Assembly (NCBI GenBank): GCA_951406725.2
Contig: OX597821.1
Location: 13,392,001 to 13,456,000, forward strand
Length of the DNA: 64,000 bases
Origin: Octopus vulgaris
Lineage: Eukaryota
Reading direction: 5' to 3'
Shown here: positions 25,660 through 40,077 of the stretch, piece after piece
Position numbering within the stretch: position 1 is the first letter of the stretch
Layout: every line of letters begins with the position of its first letter
Made by a program: the position numbers and the translations under genes
Notes under the pieces: generated by a model
What the model was told of the DNA's origin: nothing
What the model saw: only the letters and a program-made list of their open reading frames with translations
Database searches by the model: none

Positions 25660-25960
25660 GTGGAGACGCGTGGCTAAGGAGTTGGGGTGTTGGACTCACG
25701 ATCGTAAGATTGTGGTTTCGATTCCTGGACCGGGTGATGCGTTGTGTTCATGAGCAAAACACTCCATTTCACATTGCTACAGGTCACTCAGCTGTAGAAA
25801 TGAGTACCACTAGAAGAGGCGCGTCGTTTAGTGGGTAGGGTGTCGGATTTATGACCGTAGCATAGTGGTTTCAGTCCCTGGACGAGGCCAGCTGCTGTGC
25901 TTTGAGCAAAACACTTCATTTCGCGTTGCCCCAGTCCGCTCAGCTGGCGAAGATGAGTTT
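25660..25960 (+). mobile_element. Two tandem copies of a fourth tRNA-headed SINE (E, CORE-like body)
   Basis: gcgtggctaag...ggtttcgattcc...tgagcaaaacact(t/c)catttc...ctcagctg; related pieces at 27255-27347 and 39222-39465. Confidence 0.65.
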
Positions 25961-26059
25961 AGCTTGGAGGTGGGGGGGCACCAGGCTTTCTCGCCTTAGT
26001 TACGTTGCATGGCTGCAGCGCACCAACGACCCCGAAGGGGCTAAGGAGCTTGCCAATTG

Positions 26060-26068
26060 ATGCTGCTG

Positions 26069-26108
<40 letters not shown>

Positions 26109-26263
26109 GACTACTACTACTACTGCTGCTGCTAGTACTATTACTACTACTACTGTTACTACTACTACTACTACTACGACTACAACTAGTACAACAACAA
26201 CTACTACTACGACTACAACTACTACAACTACTACTACAACTACTACGACTACTACTACTACTA
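26060..26263. repeat. (ACT)n microsatellite
   Basis: Seen directly. Confidence 0.95.
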
Positions 26264-26484
26264 AGCAACATGGACTTAGAGTAGAAGGATTAGCAAAATT
26301 CCCCTGAAATCAAACGTAAATACTTTTTTGCCTTTTAAGGACATGACATATGACAATTTGATAATGTAAAGAAAATAAATTAGACGGGGGTGGTCATGGT
26401 TGGGATTGGAACGCTTCGACCGAAAGGAAGAGCCACCCCGCCCACCTCTATTGGGTAAGCAATAAAAAAGTAAATATAAAATCA

Positions 26485-26897
26485 AGTGGCTGTGTGTTAA
26501 GTAGCTTGCTTCCCAACCAAATGGTTCCGGGTTCAGTCCCACTGCGTGGCATCTTGGGCAAGTGTCTTCTGCTATAGCCCCGGGCTGACCAATGCCTTGT
26601 GTATGAATTTGGTAGACGGAAACAGAAAGAAGCCTGTCGTGTATATGTATATATATATAAGTGTGTGTGTATATGTTTGTGTGTCTGTGTTTGTCCCTCT
26701 AGCATTGCTTGACAACCGATGCTGGTGTGTTTATGTCCCCGTTACTTATCGGTTCGGCAAAAAGAGACCGATAGAGTAAGTACTGGGCTTACAAAAAGAA
26801 TAAGTCCCGGGGTCGATTTGCTCGATTAAAGGCGGTGCTCCAGCATGGCCGCAGTCAAATGACTGAAACAAGTAAAAGAGTAAAAGAGAGTAAAGAG
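26485..26897 (+). mobile_element. SINE-B, full length
   Basis: Family match. Confidence 0.9.
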
Positions 26898-27003
26898 TAA
26901 GTACCAACGCTACCGCTACTAACAGGCACAACAGCAATACCAAACACCATTGCAGGTCCCGGCCACCAAGCGGCATAACCTAACACCCATCTTGAGTCAC
27001 TTG

Positions 27004-27254
<251 letters not shown>

Positions 27255-27875
27255 TAGCGTGGCTAAGTAGTTGGGGTGTTGGACTCACGATCGTAAGATT
27301 GTGGTTTCGATTCCTGGACCGGGTGATGCGTTGTGGTCACTCAGCTTCATGTGTGTGTGTGTGTGTGTATGTGTGTGTGTGTGTGTATATGTGTGTGTGT
27401 ATGTGTGTGTGCGTGTGTGTGTGTGTGTGTTAAAAAAACACAAATTCACTCCTAAATATGCACACACATACACTAACGAACCACACCTACTCCTTTCACA
27501 CCCCATATAGAAAGAACCGCATTCCCCGTGTGGCTCTTAACCCTTCACCCATTCTTCCATACGTTTTTGTTTTTTTTCTGAACAACTTTCCCTTTCACAC
27601 ACGCGGGCGGGCATATATATGCAAAAATACACGTACATACACACACACATACACACACACATACACACACACACACATGCACATATATATGCATATATAT
27701 GTATGTATAATAAATATGTAAAAATATACAGATAATTATCCACTCATATTTAAATATAAGTACACACACACAAACACACACATATATATATATATATAAA
27801 CATATACCTAAATAGGTACATATATACATATATGTAAATATACAAACATACATACATATACATACACACTCACAC

Positions 27876-27943
<68 letters not shown>

Positions 27944-28066
27944 ACAACACAGACACACACACAGAGACCAAGCGACACGATGAACTCAACAGAGTACAAT
28001 TTTTCATTCATCTTAACATCTTAAACGAGCGTAATTCACGAAAGGGCAGTAAATAACACTAATACG

Positions 28067-28106
<40 letters not shown>

Positions 28107-28547
28107 TACACACATACACACACATACGCACAGAGAAATTAATACACACATACAAGTATATATATATATATATATATACATACATAGTAAGCGTGAGTGA
28201 CACGGTGAGAGAGAAAGAAAAAGAGGAAGAAGAGAGAGAGAGAGAGAGAAACAGCGTAAGTGAGGCAAGGTGCGTGTCGTGCGGCAAGAACGCGATGATG
28301 CGCTAGCATTGAACGTCCAAAAAGGAGAGAAAGTGTAAGGATGAGAGACAGTAACACAGAGAGGGAGAGTAAGGGAGAGTAAGGGAGAGTGAAAGGAAGA
28401 GTAATAATAACAGAAATACAAGATGGGATTTACGATACCGTTGCGAATCCCTCAAGTGGTGTGTTGTCGTCGAAAGGAAGGATTTTACCGAAATCAATTC
28501 CTAGACGCATTAGGCCCATAGAACATCCTTAATATAACATACATACT

Positions 28548-28607
<60 letters not shown>

Positions 28608-29017
28608 TATACATTTATACACACATAGACACGCGCGCATGTATATATGCATATGTATGTATATAGGGATAGAAACACACATACTCGCTCATGTATAAAT
28701 ACATTTATTCGTTTTTAAAAAAACAGTTTGTTTTTGTTTGTTGTTACTGTCAATAGCTTCTTGTTATCTTGTTTTTGTTTTCCGCTTTTTCTTTATGTTT
28801 TTTTTTTTTAATAATTTTTTTGTTATTCTTGTTTTTGTTAACGTTGTTGTTGCTATTACAAATTTCCCTTAATTATTTTTCTCCGTGCGTGAGATCGCTT
28901 CTGTCTATGTACGATTAAAACTTATTTATCTAGTAATTATTTCAACACACCTCACTTCCTTTTGATCTAAACACATTTCATTTATATACATACATACATA
29001 TATATATACATACGTAT

Positions 29018-29094
<77 letters not shown>

Positions 29095-29332
29095 GTGATG
29101 TGAGTAATCGCGTCCAAGTTTATTTACTGATTTTTTTCGTTCAGATTTCATTCTTTCTACTTCATTCACATTATCTTTCATTTTATTTCTTCTTCCTTCC
29201 TTCCTTCCTTCCGTGTTTTATATATATATTGTTTATTTTCTTGTTTTGTTTTGTTTTGTTTTTATCTCGTCTTTCAATTAGCTTGCAATCAATTCCGATA
29301 ACTGACGTTATCTCAAAGTTGTGATTATTGAA

Positions 29333-29371
<39 letters not shown>

Positions 29372-29605
29372 AATACACATACATTCACGCTTAATTTGCG
29401 ATATATATCTTACAGACCAATTACATGTATATGCATGTATACAGATATATATATATACATATATACACATGTGTATATACATATGTATGCCTCTATACAT
29501 ACACATTCCTCTGTGTCTCTAAGGACTAAACGTACCTAAGAGACACGCACACTACATATATATAATATATATACATAAACATACGTACACACAAACATAC
29601 AAGCA

Positions 29606-29642
<37 letters not shown>

Positions 29643-29648
29643 ATACAT

Positions 29649-29702
<54 letters not shown>

Positions 29703-29870
29703 TTATATATATATATATATATGTAAATATATATACGTAAGTGGTGGCTGTTTGTTTTGTTTTTGAAAGCATCGGAGCAGTTTTGTGCCACCACGCTGAA
29801 GTTGCAACGAAAAAATAACAAAAGCAACTAACTACCACCACCACCACCATCACAACCACAACCACCACTT

Positions 29871-29913
<43 letters not shown>

Positions 29914-30111
29914 CGCTACTGCTACGCTAAGCTAACAAAATCAACACATGGAAAGGAGATACTGCAAGAAGTTCCCTACTTCCAAAGCATGCGTGTGCAC
30001 GAATGTGTGCATATATGCATGTGCTTGCGTATATTTGTATGATTACTTTTAAATGACATCCAACACAGCAACCAGCATGTATGTCACAATCTATCTCTAA
30101 TATATATATAC

Positions 30112-30152
<41 letters not shown>

Positions 30153-30457
30153 CATAAATACATATACATATGTGTGTCATATATATGTCATATATATAAT
30201 ATATGCGCGTGTGTACAGGTGTTTTTGTATGTATATGCATATATTCATACCAGTATAGCTACTATACATGTGCAAACAAACACAAGCACTTTCTTATACA
30301 CACACACATACATATATATATATATATTTGTATACATATTCATAAGTTCCAATACATACTATGTTTAGTCGCATAGATACACGCTCACGCACATACAAGC
30401 ATTCTCATGGGTGTTAATGTAAACATACAGATATAATTAAGCATATATATTTATATA

Positions 30458-30537
<80 letters not shown>

Positions 30538-30697
30538 TATACATATATATATAAATATTCACACGTACGTGCATACAAGTGTCGATATGGATATATACGA
30601 CTTTCTGGATATCTACCGAGAGAAATTGGACCCCGTCGCAATTTAACGGAATACTAATCTACGATATATATTGAAGGGGTGCGATCCCTTTGCCAGT

Positions 30698-30805
30698 ATG
30701 CCGTCCAAAAAACAGTATGATTTGGTGTCGGATGATGGCTATGACAATAGAATTCCTTTACATAGCGAGGAGGCTTTCCAGTATGGGATTAACTTTCAAG
30801 CTAAG
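30698..30805 (+). CDS. NOS1AP: First coding exon of NOS1AP/CAPON (nNOS adaptor, start of PTB domain; DYC-1 family)
   Basis: Translates to [36 protein letters not shown], followed by a phase-0 donor AAG|GTAAAG. Closely matches the vertebrate NOS1AP N-terminus as recalled ([35 protein letters not shown]). The next exon (YxGSLDVPRP...) was not found in the window. Confidence 0.92.
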
Positions 30806-30961
30806 GTAAAGTGACAACTTTTATTACTTAATACGGCTTAACAAACAACGTAATAACTCCGTTCCTCTCACTCACCTTTTACACATTTCCATCTGTACCT
30901 GTCATACTGGAGGTATATATATATATATATATATACATAAATGAATATGTATATATACGTT

Positions 30962-31030
<69 letters not shown>

Positions 31031-31068
31031 TAAATATTTATATATATTTACATATATATATTGTACAT

Positions 31069-31122
<54 letters not shown>

Positions 31123-31208
31123 AATATATCATATCTATGTAATATGTATATATATATGAGTGTGCCTGTGTATGTATATATACATATATATATGTATATA
31201 TACACATA

Positions 31209-31253
<45 letters not shown>

Positions 31254-31448
31254 GTGTGTACGTATGTATGTGTATTTATATATGTATACGTATCGTACGT
31301 ACGCAAACAGATCATGGAGTTCTCTCATGTTTTTGTCTTTTTGTCATTCTTCCTATTTCCCTCTAAGTCTTTCTCTCATTCTTTTTTCTAATTCACTCTA
31401 CAGTGCTATGTCAATCCATCTATCCATCAATCACTCTCAGACTCTCGA

Positions 31449-31523
<75 letters not shown>

Positions 31524-31580
31524 TCTCTATCTTTCTCTCTGTCTCCTTATCTATCAATCAATCAATCTATCAATCTATCA

Positions 31581-31617
<37 letters not shown>

Positions 31618-31621
31618 ACTA

Positions 31622-31705
<84 letters not shown>

Positions 31706-31706
31706 C

Positions 31707-31797
<91 letters not shown>

Positions 31798-32275
31798 CAT
31801 CTATTGCTATTTCGCACCTTCCCTGCGCTGTGTGTACAAAATCTGTTTCGATGTCATTCGATACATATCGATCTCACATCGTTACCACTTACAGCACACG
31901 AGCACAAACACACACACACGCACACACAGTTCATAGTTGTGATACTGTACTGCCTTTTTTAAAACGTGTATGAGTTTGATTTTGTGTACGCATGCGTTTG
32001 TATGTATACGTGTGAGTGTTGAGCGTTTTGCATGCGTGCGTGTGTGCCTGTGTGTGCGTGTGTGTGTTTGTGTGTAGTATAATTTCTATCTCCACTTGAT
32101 TCTGTTTTTTTGTATTTATGTAGATCATCACTTCAGTTATATCACGTCCGTAGCAGTTACAGCGTATGTACACACACGTGTATACATGCATACAGACACA
32201 CACGCACACAGACACACATAACACACACATATATATATATCATATGCATATACACACACATAAACATATATATTT

Positions 32276-32570
32276 GTGGAGGTCCAGTGGTTAGGGCAGC
32301 GAACACGCGGTCGGAGGATCGCGGTTTCGATTGTCAGACCGGGCGTTGTGTGTGTTTATTGAGCGAAAACACCTAAAGCTCCACGAGGCTCCGGCAGAGG
32401 GTTGTGGCGATCCCTGTTGTATTCTTTCGCCCCAACTTTCCCTCGCTCTTTCTTCTTGTTTCTTGGGTAACGCTGCAATGGACTGGCGTCCCGTCCAGCT
32501 GGGGGCAACACATACGCCACAGAAACCGGGAAACCGGGCCCATGAGCCTAGCTAGGCTTGAAAAGGGCGC
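32276..32570 (+). mobile_element. SINE-C, tail type 2
   Basis: Same head; tail gctgcaatggactggcgtcccgtccag; TSD aaacatatatattt. Confidence 0.88.
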
Positions 32571-32669
32571 ACAAAACAACAACAAAAAAACATATATATT
32601 TATATAAATGCATTAATATTTAGAGATATAAGCATTCATCCATAAGTAAATACACAGATATACTCACTT

Positions 32670-32787
32670 GCTTTGGGCCACGTCACGCTGAAAGCACCGG
32701 ATTTCGTCTGATCACCGAAGTTAAGCAACGTCAAACTTAATTATTGCTAAGATGGGTGACCGCTTGGGAAACCTAGGTACTGTAACT
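32670..32787 (+). pseudogene. 5S rRNA pseudogene (solitary, diverged)
   Basis: About 118 nt colinear with metazoan 5S (gggccacgtcacgctgaaagcaccggatttcgtctgatcaccgaagttaagcaacgtc...gatgggtgaccgcttgggaaacctaggtactgta), with many substitutions and no tandem array. Confidence 0.85.
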
Positions 32788-33199
32788 CAATACTTATATA
32801 CATATTCATATATATATATATATAAACGTATATAAACCGAAACTAACAGTCATACTTCCGTACATGCATACATACGTGTATACCATTCACATATTCTAAT
32901 ATAACCTACTAGCCGGTTCACAGCAAATTGAATAGCAGTGCTTCGCTGTTCTTTTCAAAACTCGGGGGCACACCTGAACTGAAAATATAACTACAAGTAT
33001 GGGAGCAAAAAATTATATTCAGGTTACACTGCGGCACACCTAGCATCGTCTCGTGGCACACCAGTGGGCCGTGGAACTGCTTTACAGAACAGAAATATCC
33101 ACGAACCTGAAGATTTGGTTTAGTTTGACAAGTGTACGAGACTATAAGTTACTTGGAACCGGGTGAAACATGGATATGTTATGCTTTCTTTAAGATTTA

Positions 33200-33663
33200 T
33201 CTTTGTCGTGTTTCAGTCATTAGATTGAGGCCATGCTGGGGCACCGCCTTGAATTTTCCTTTTTTTGTTCCTTTTTTTTTTTTTGTCGAAAAATCGACCC
33301 CACAGCTTATTTCTTTTTTAAAGTCCGGCACTTATTCTGTCGGTATCTTTTGCCGAACCGCTATGTTACGGAGACCTAGACACGCCTACACCAGTTGCCA
33401 AGCAGTGGAGGGGGACAAACACAGACACCAACACATACACACATGCACATACACACACACGCACACACACACGCACACACACACACACACACACACGCAT
33501 ACACACATAAACGACTGATTTCTTTCACGTTCCGTCTAACAAATATACTAACAATAACCTCGTCCCGAGGTTATAGTAGAAGACACTTACCCAAGGTGTC
33601 ACGCAGTGGGAATGAACTCAGAACCAAGTGACCGGGAAGTAATCTTCTAACACAGCCACGCCT
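33200..33663 (-). mobile_element. SINE-B (older)
   Basis: Diverged family match. Confidence 0.8.
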
Positions 33664-33735
33664 GATCACGAAACAGGTGGCAAGGCTCCTCCGTTTCAGT
33701 TTCAGCTACAAGTGTTATGGGTTTGCGATCGCCTA

Positions 33736-33777
<42 letters not shown>

Positions 33778-33799
33778 CTACATATATACATACATGCAT

Positions 33800-34005
33800 A
33801 TTCTTTTACCTTTTTCCGTCATTGGGATGCGGCCATGCTGGGGCATCGCCTAGAAATTTTTTGTAGCTGAATGAATTAACTGCAGCTCTTATTTTTAAAG
33901 CCTGGTACTCACTCATTCTATCGATAACTTTGTCATACCGCTACGGGAATATAAACAGACGAACACCAGTTGTCAAGCGGTTATGAGGGACAAAAAAAAA
34001 GCACC
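33800..34005 (-). mobile_element. SINE-B 3' half (older)
   Basis: gcggccatgctggggca...accagttgtcaagcg. Confidence 0.7.
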
Positions 34006-34046
<41 letters not shown>

Positions 34047-34359
34047 ATACACGCACACACACACATGCACATAGTATTTAAGTCTGGCAAACAAGTGCCT
34101 CTTTTTCACACGTTTTACACTTTACAAGTGTTAATATTTCGTTCTTATGCACATGTGTTCTTGCGTCCCATACGCCTTTGCAGATTTATGTATTTGAGTG
34201 GCCACGAACGGTAGGGTGTTGCTTGGAGCATTTTTTTCGTGTTTTTCATGTTTAGCATGGGAAGCTCACCTGGAAAAGCTTTGGAACATATTGTAAGGTT
34301 TAACTGCATCCCTGATTGACTGTATTCGGAGACATCCCGAATTCCTTTGCTATCTGTGT

Positions 34360-34595
34360 ATTATTTCTTTACTACCCACAAGGGGCTAAACACAGAGGGG
34401 ACAAACAAGGACAGACAAACGGATTAAGTCGATTACATCGACACCAGTGGGTAACTGGTACTTATTTAATCGACTCCGAAAGGATGAAAGGCAAAGTCGA
34501 CCTCGGCGGAATTTGAACTCAGAACGTAACGGCAGACGAAATACCGCTACGCATTTCGCCCGGTATGCTAACGATTCTGCCAGCTCGCCGCCTTC
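34360..34595 (-). mobile_element. SINE-A, full length (tail type 1)
   Basis: Close to family consensus as inferred from this window. Confidence 0.9.
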
Positions 34596-34611
34596 ATGTA
34601 TATTTGCTATG

Positions 34612-34645
<34 letters not shown>

Positions 34646-34665
34646 TGTATGTATATATATATATA

Positions 34666-35230
34666 TGTAGGTAGATAGGTAGGTAAGTAGGTAGGTAGGT
34701 AGGGAGGTAGGTAGATAAGTAGGTAGGTAGGTAGGTAGGTAGGTAGGCAAGTAGGTAGGTAGGTAGGTAGGTAGGTAGGTAGGTAGGTAGGTAGGTAGGT
34801 AGGTAGGTAGGTAGGTAGGTAGGTAGGTAGGTAGGTAGGTTGGTAGGTAGGTAGGTAGGTAGGTAGGTTGGTAGGTAGGTAGGTAGGTAGGTAGGTAGGC
34901 AGACAGGCAGGCAGGCAGGCAGGTCGGTATGCGTGTATGTGTATATACGTTTCTGTGTGTATGAATGTATGTACGTATGCGTGTATGAATATTATGGATC
35001 GATCGATCGATGGACGAACAGACAGACAAACGGATATTCGGACGGGCGGGTGGACGGGCGGACGGACAGACGGATGGATGGATGGATGAATGGATGGATA
35101 GATGGATGGATGAACGAACAGACAGACGGACAGACCGACAGACGGACGGACAGACGGACCGACAGACGGACGGACAGAAGGACGGACGGACGGATGGGTG
35201 GATGGACGGATCGATGGGTGGATAAATAGG
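34666..35230. repeat. (GGTA)n grading into (GGAC/GGAT)n
   Basis: Seen directly. Confidence 0.92.
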
Positions 35231-35660
35231 TAGATTGTGAGATAAACAGACGGAGAGATAGGCCGGCCGGCAGGCAGGCAAGGTGGAATACATAACTGCA
35301 CACACATAAGTGCTTGAAAGTTTAAAAATCTCCACATGGATTTCTTTGCGAAATATGTTAGCAACTTATTAACACGATTTGTGCTGCAAGTACTTAAACA
35401 CATGAGAATGTGTATAAATGTATGCATAAGCAGATGAGTGCGTGTGTATGTGTGTATGTTGTGAGCCAAAATATGTTAGAAATCCACAGGTTGCTCAAGA
35501 AATACCAGAGTGCTTCGATGTACTGTTGAATAGAAAATATAGCAGCCAAATTTGCCTCAAATTATTACGACCTGTCTTCAAGAAATATGTATATACAGGT
35601 TAAACTGATAACCGATGTACAAAACAAAAACAAAAAAACATTTACTCTTTTCCTTTTTTC

Positions 35661-35871
35661 ACTCATTTACTTGTTTCAGTCATTTGACTGTGGCCATGCT
35701 GAAGCACCGCCTTTAGTCGAGCAAATCGACCCCAGGACTTATTCTTTGTAAGTCTAGTACTTATTCTATCGGTCTCTTTTGCCGAACAGCTAAGTTACGA
35801 TGACGTAAACACACCAGCATAGGTTGTCAAGCGATGTTGGGTGGGGGACAAACACAGACACACAAACATAT

Positions 35872-35921
<50 letters not shown>

Positions 35922-36058
35922 GATGTGCTTCTTTCAGCTTCCGTCTACCAAATCCACTTTGGTGGGCCCGAGACTGTAATAGAAGACACTTGCCCAAGGT
36001 GCCATGTAGTGGGACTGAACCCGGAACCATGTGGTTCGTAAGCAAGCTACTTACCACA
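35661..36058 (-). mobile_element. SINE-B
   Basis: Family match. Confidence 0.9.
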
Positions 36059-36297
36059 ATAGTATTAAAACTAATAAAGTCATCACCAATGGCTGGATAG
36101 ATGATGGGTTGCCTCACGCAGGATTAACCTGGGATTAAAGGACAGCAGCACCAACAACAACCACAACAATAACAACAACAACAACAACTCTGATTTACGA
36201 CCCAATCGGTTACAGGTGGAATCATGAATTCACATGTGTAAAATGAGTGTATATGAAATCTTATATATATATGTGTGTGTGTGTATTATTATATGTG

Positions 36298-36337
<40 letters not shown>

Positions 36338-36390
36338 TATACATTTGTGTACACTCATGAATATATACATACGTACATACAAATTAAGAG

Positions 36391-36436
<46 letters not shown>

Positions 36437-36737
36437 CATCGGTATTAGTGTATGTGTATAAATGTATATAGATAGATAGATATTATATATTATATATATA
36501 ATGTATACTTACACACATGTATGCATACGTTGATGCTTGTGTGTATGTGTTTTTGTGTGTGCGTGTGTATATATATGTGTAAGTATGCGTAAGTAATCTC
36601 CTGTGTGAATATGAATTTTATGTTCCATCACATGCTACACACTAATTAGTGACTAATTATTATAGGGCTTCTGGGCATGCGTCTGTGATTAAGAAGTTTG
36701 TATGTCATAATAGTTACACCTCATAGTGCAACTATAC

Positions 36738-36821
<84 letters not shown>

Positions 36822-36825
<4 letters not shown>

Positions 36826-36990
36826 GTTTCTTTATTGGCCACACAGGGCTGCACACAGATGGGACAAGTTACAAAGTAGAGCTTTTTTGGGGGGGATGAA
36901 AAAAACAAAAAACAAAAAACAAAAGAAAAAATGGTGGCGTAGGTTTTTGATCAAAAGGGATAGTAAAAGGGAAAAAAGAACAAAAAATAG
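36822..36990 (-). mobile_element. (GATA)n-embedded retroelement 3' end
   Basis: Matches the reverse complement of 40320-40483; ends cagccctgtgtggccaataaagaaac followed by (tatc)n. Confidence 0.65.
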
Positions 36991-37060
36991 ATAGATAGAT
37001 AGATAGCCACACAGGGCTGAATACAGAGGGGACAAATTCAGCCCTGTGTGGCTAATAGTT

Positions 37061-37112
<52 letters not shown>

Positions 37113-37738
37113 GATGTGCGTGAGTACGTACCTATATCAGTGTGAGTGTGTGGTGTGCTGGTGTATGTATGTTTATGTATATGTACCTGCATAAATATGT
37201 TTGTATCTGTGAGAGATAACCGAACGTGGGACCTGCTGAGAGAGGCGTGTTTATAAACACTGTCAGTCTTATGCTTATATTATATATATGTATATATTCA
37301 TATGTGTGTGTGTGTGAATATTTGTATATATGTATGTATAAGTATATATTTACATATTTACACGTATATAAATAGATGTATATAGATACAGATATACACA
37401 CATGCATATTACCCCAGTTAGTGTTGTGCTGTTGTTGTTGCTGCTGCTGATTCTTAGCCCCTGGTCAGCCTTGATCCATCAAATGCTTGATCAAAGACAT
37501 TGTAGTAACCGTAACAAAATTGCATCTCTTTTTCCCCCCTTCTTTTTGCTCTCTTTAACTGTAATTAAGTACATTCTTTAAGACTACATTATCTCTCAAC
37601 TACTTAAAAGTAACATTTTCGTACCTTTTAAGACACAAGGGAGTTATTTGAGGGACGATTGCCAAATATTTCTAGCTAATGGAAGGTGCACTTAGTCACC
37701 CTACAGTCACACCATTGACTCGATTATCATAGTTCATT

Positions 37739-38073
37739 TTATTACCTCCACCTTGGCGAAGGCGGAGATATTGTTTCAGTTGTGTTTGTTTGTCTGTGGA
37801 CAAGATGTCTCAAGAACCGCTGGATGGATTCGAGTTGATTAGATTCTGGGATCGATCTGATACCGGACGAGGATTCTGGATTATTTTTCCTGTTTTTTTT
37901 TTTTTTAACTAACTTTTTGAGAAGCGTCAGGTTCATTTTTAGTATTCCCGTTTGTGAGAGCAGTCGAGTTTATTTTAGATATTCTCATTTTAAAAATAAT
38001 CTCCGTCTAATCATTGATAGGACGTTGTGTTGCCTTGGCAGAGGTTTGCGGTCTCTGAGTGCTCTTGTTAGTT
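37739..38073 (+). mobile_element. Helentron/DINE-1-like non-autonomous element
   Basis: 5' ttattacctccaccttggcgaaggcggag (subterminal IR plus hairpin), gttt/gtct tract, 3' ggcagaggt IR, short hairpin gcggtctctgagtgc, ends tagtt. Confidence 0.65.
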
Positions 38074-38200
38074 ATTAGAATATCGCCAAACCTCCACGAT
38101 ATCAACCTTAAGGAAATTATTATCAACTGAACAGAGGGGAAAAGAGACCTTAGTAATGGACCTTAAAAATATCGTTGTCCTGATCTAGGAGAGTGTAGTA

Positions 38201-38324
38201 CAGTGGTTTTCAACCGGCGTCCATATGGCCCTGGGTGGGGTTATCGAATGGTTATGAGGGTCCACCTGAGTAAAATCGGAACCAAAAGGGATTCACAGGT
38301 TGAAAATATGTCTGAGAAACATTG
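38201..38324. mobile_element. Possible decayed hAT-type MITE
   Basis: cagtggttttcaa ... tgagaaacattg imperfect TIRs. Confidence 0.4.
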
Positions 38325-38699
38325 ATGTCGATGGGCAAGTTTTTCTCACACCTGTTTCACGACGCTAGACATTGAACCTTGGAAACTCCACCTGTGCATA
38401 CACACAAACATGCGTATTTTCTTTCTTTTCCTCTCTGTTTCTCAACGGGTATCTGATACATTTGAGCATGTGTGTTTATTTTTATTCTTGTTGTTATTGT
38501 TTAAACCCAGTCTATATCAACTCTAGTCAATCACAACTATAATAAACAAAAAACATTCTGGCCGTGACCATCCGCTCTATCTTTACACAAAATTTATAAT
38601 ACTGGCTATATTATATTCTTCTACAAATGTTTTGAGTGTGACAGCAACTATTGTTAATCTAACTCAAGCTGTTATCATTGTTGTTGTTGTTGTTGTTTC

Positions 38700-39188
38700 T
38701 TCTTCTTCTTCTTCTTCTTCTTCTTCTTCTTCTTCTTCTTCTTCTTCTTCTTCTTCCAATCAGAGCTCACGTCATTAGCCACAAAGAATAATCTCTAATT
38801 CGAGCCTACTCTAAGCTAATAAGAATGCGTGTGGCAACTTGAAGATCCACCCACCACACGCAATAGACTGGCGGTTGCACGGGTGCGAAAGCTACGTTGT
38901 TATCCTCATTCTGTAAACGGTGACTTTTAACGGGTGGAGAGCTGAACCATCCTGGGGTACAGAGGATTCGCAATCTAGACTAGGGTCTGAAAGTTTACCA
39001 CACCATAGTGGATTACACTATGGTGGTGGTGCTTTGTGACAGAAGCAGGAAGAAAGAGTACAGCGGGGTTCACCTCACACTCCGCCGGATCCTTGTGGAG
39101 CTTAGGTGTTTTTACTCGATAAACACTCACACTGCCCGGTCTAGGAATGGAGTCCGCTGACCTAACCACTGGGCCATTGCGCCTCCAC
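38700..39188 (-). mobile_element. SINE-C, tail type 3
   Basis: Matches 23178-23660. Confidence 0.85.
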
Positions 39189-39477
39189 TTGTTGTTGCTG
39201 CTGTTGTTTTAATACAATTGTATGAGAGCGCATGGCCTAGTAGTTGGAGAGTTGCACTCAAGATCGCGAGGTTGTGGTTTCAATTCTTGAACCGGATGGC
39301 ACGTGATGGCCTTGAGCAAAACACTTCATCTCACGTCGCCCTGCAATCACATCTACACCTAACGTGTGGGTGCACCGAGCGCCTGTTCAGGCAACGTCGA
39401 TTTGATGGCGGAAGTGAACTTAATGTACAGCAAAAACATTTGCTCACTACAAACAAGTCGTTCGTATAGGTTGTTCA

Positions 39478-39874
39478 GGTGGAGGCGCAATGGCCCAGTG
39501 GTTAGGGCAGCGGACTCGCGGTCATAGGATCGCGGTTTCGATTCCCAGACCGGGCGTTGTGAGTGTTTATTGAATGAAAACACCTAAAAGCTCCACGAGG
39601 CTCCGGCAGGGGATGGTGGTGATCCCTGCTGTACTCTTTCACCACAACTTTCTCTCACTCTTACTTCCTGTTTCTGTTGTACCTGTATTTCAAAGGTCCG
39701 GCCTTGTCACTCTCTGTGTCACGCTGGATATCCCCAGAGCTACGTTAAGGGTGCACGTGTCTGTGGAGTGCTCAGCCACTTACACGTTAATTTCACGAGC
39801 AGGCTGTTCCGTTGATTCGGATCAACCGGAACCCTCATCGTCGTAACCGACGGAGTGCTAAAGAAAGTGCTTCC
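39478..39874 (+). mobile_element. SINE-C, tail type 1
   Basis: TSD ataggttgttca at 39466-39477 and 39875-39886. Confidence 0.92.
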
Positions 39875-40077
39875 ATAGGTTGTTCAACAAGAAACTGTAG
39901 AACAGTCTTTCTCGGACTACGAACTTTCAATATCGTAGTTATTGTTCTTTTTACCGCCATCGTCTGAATTGCTATTGCGTTTGATGACGTAATTTAGCCC
40001 TAGGTCATCAATGATAGAACAAGCCCATATATAAATATAAAGATATACGTGTGTATGTGTGTGTGCTTATTTTTTAT

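Noticed and set aside
39480-39555. tRNA genes at SINE heads
   Set aside because: A and B boxes are present, but they run into SINE bodies with TSDs and form no clean cloverleaf.
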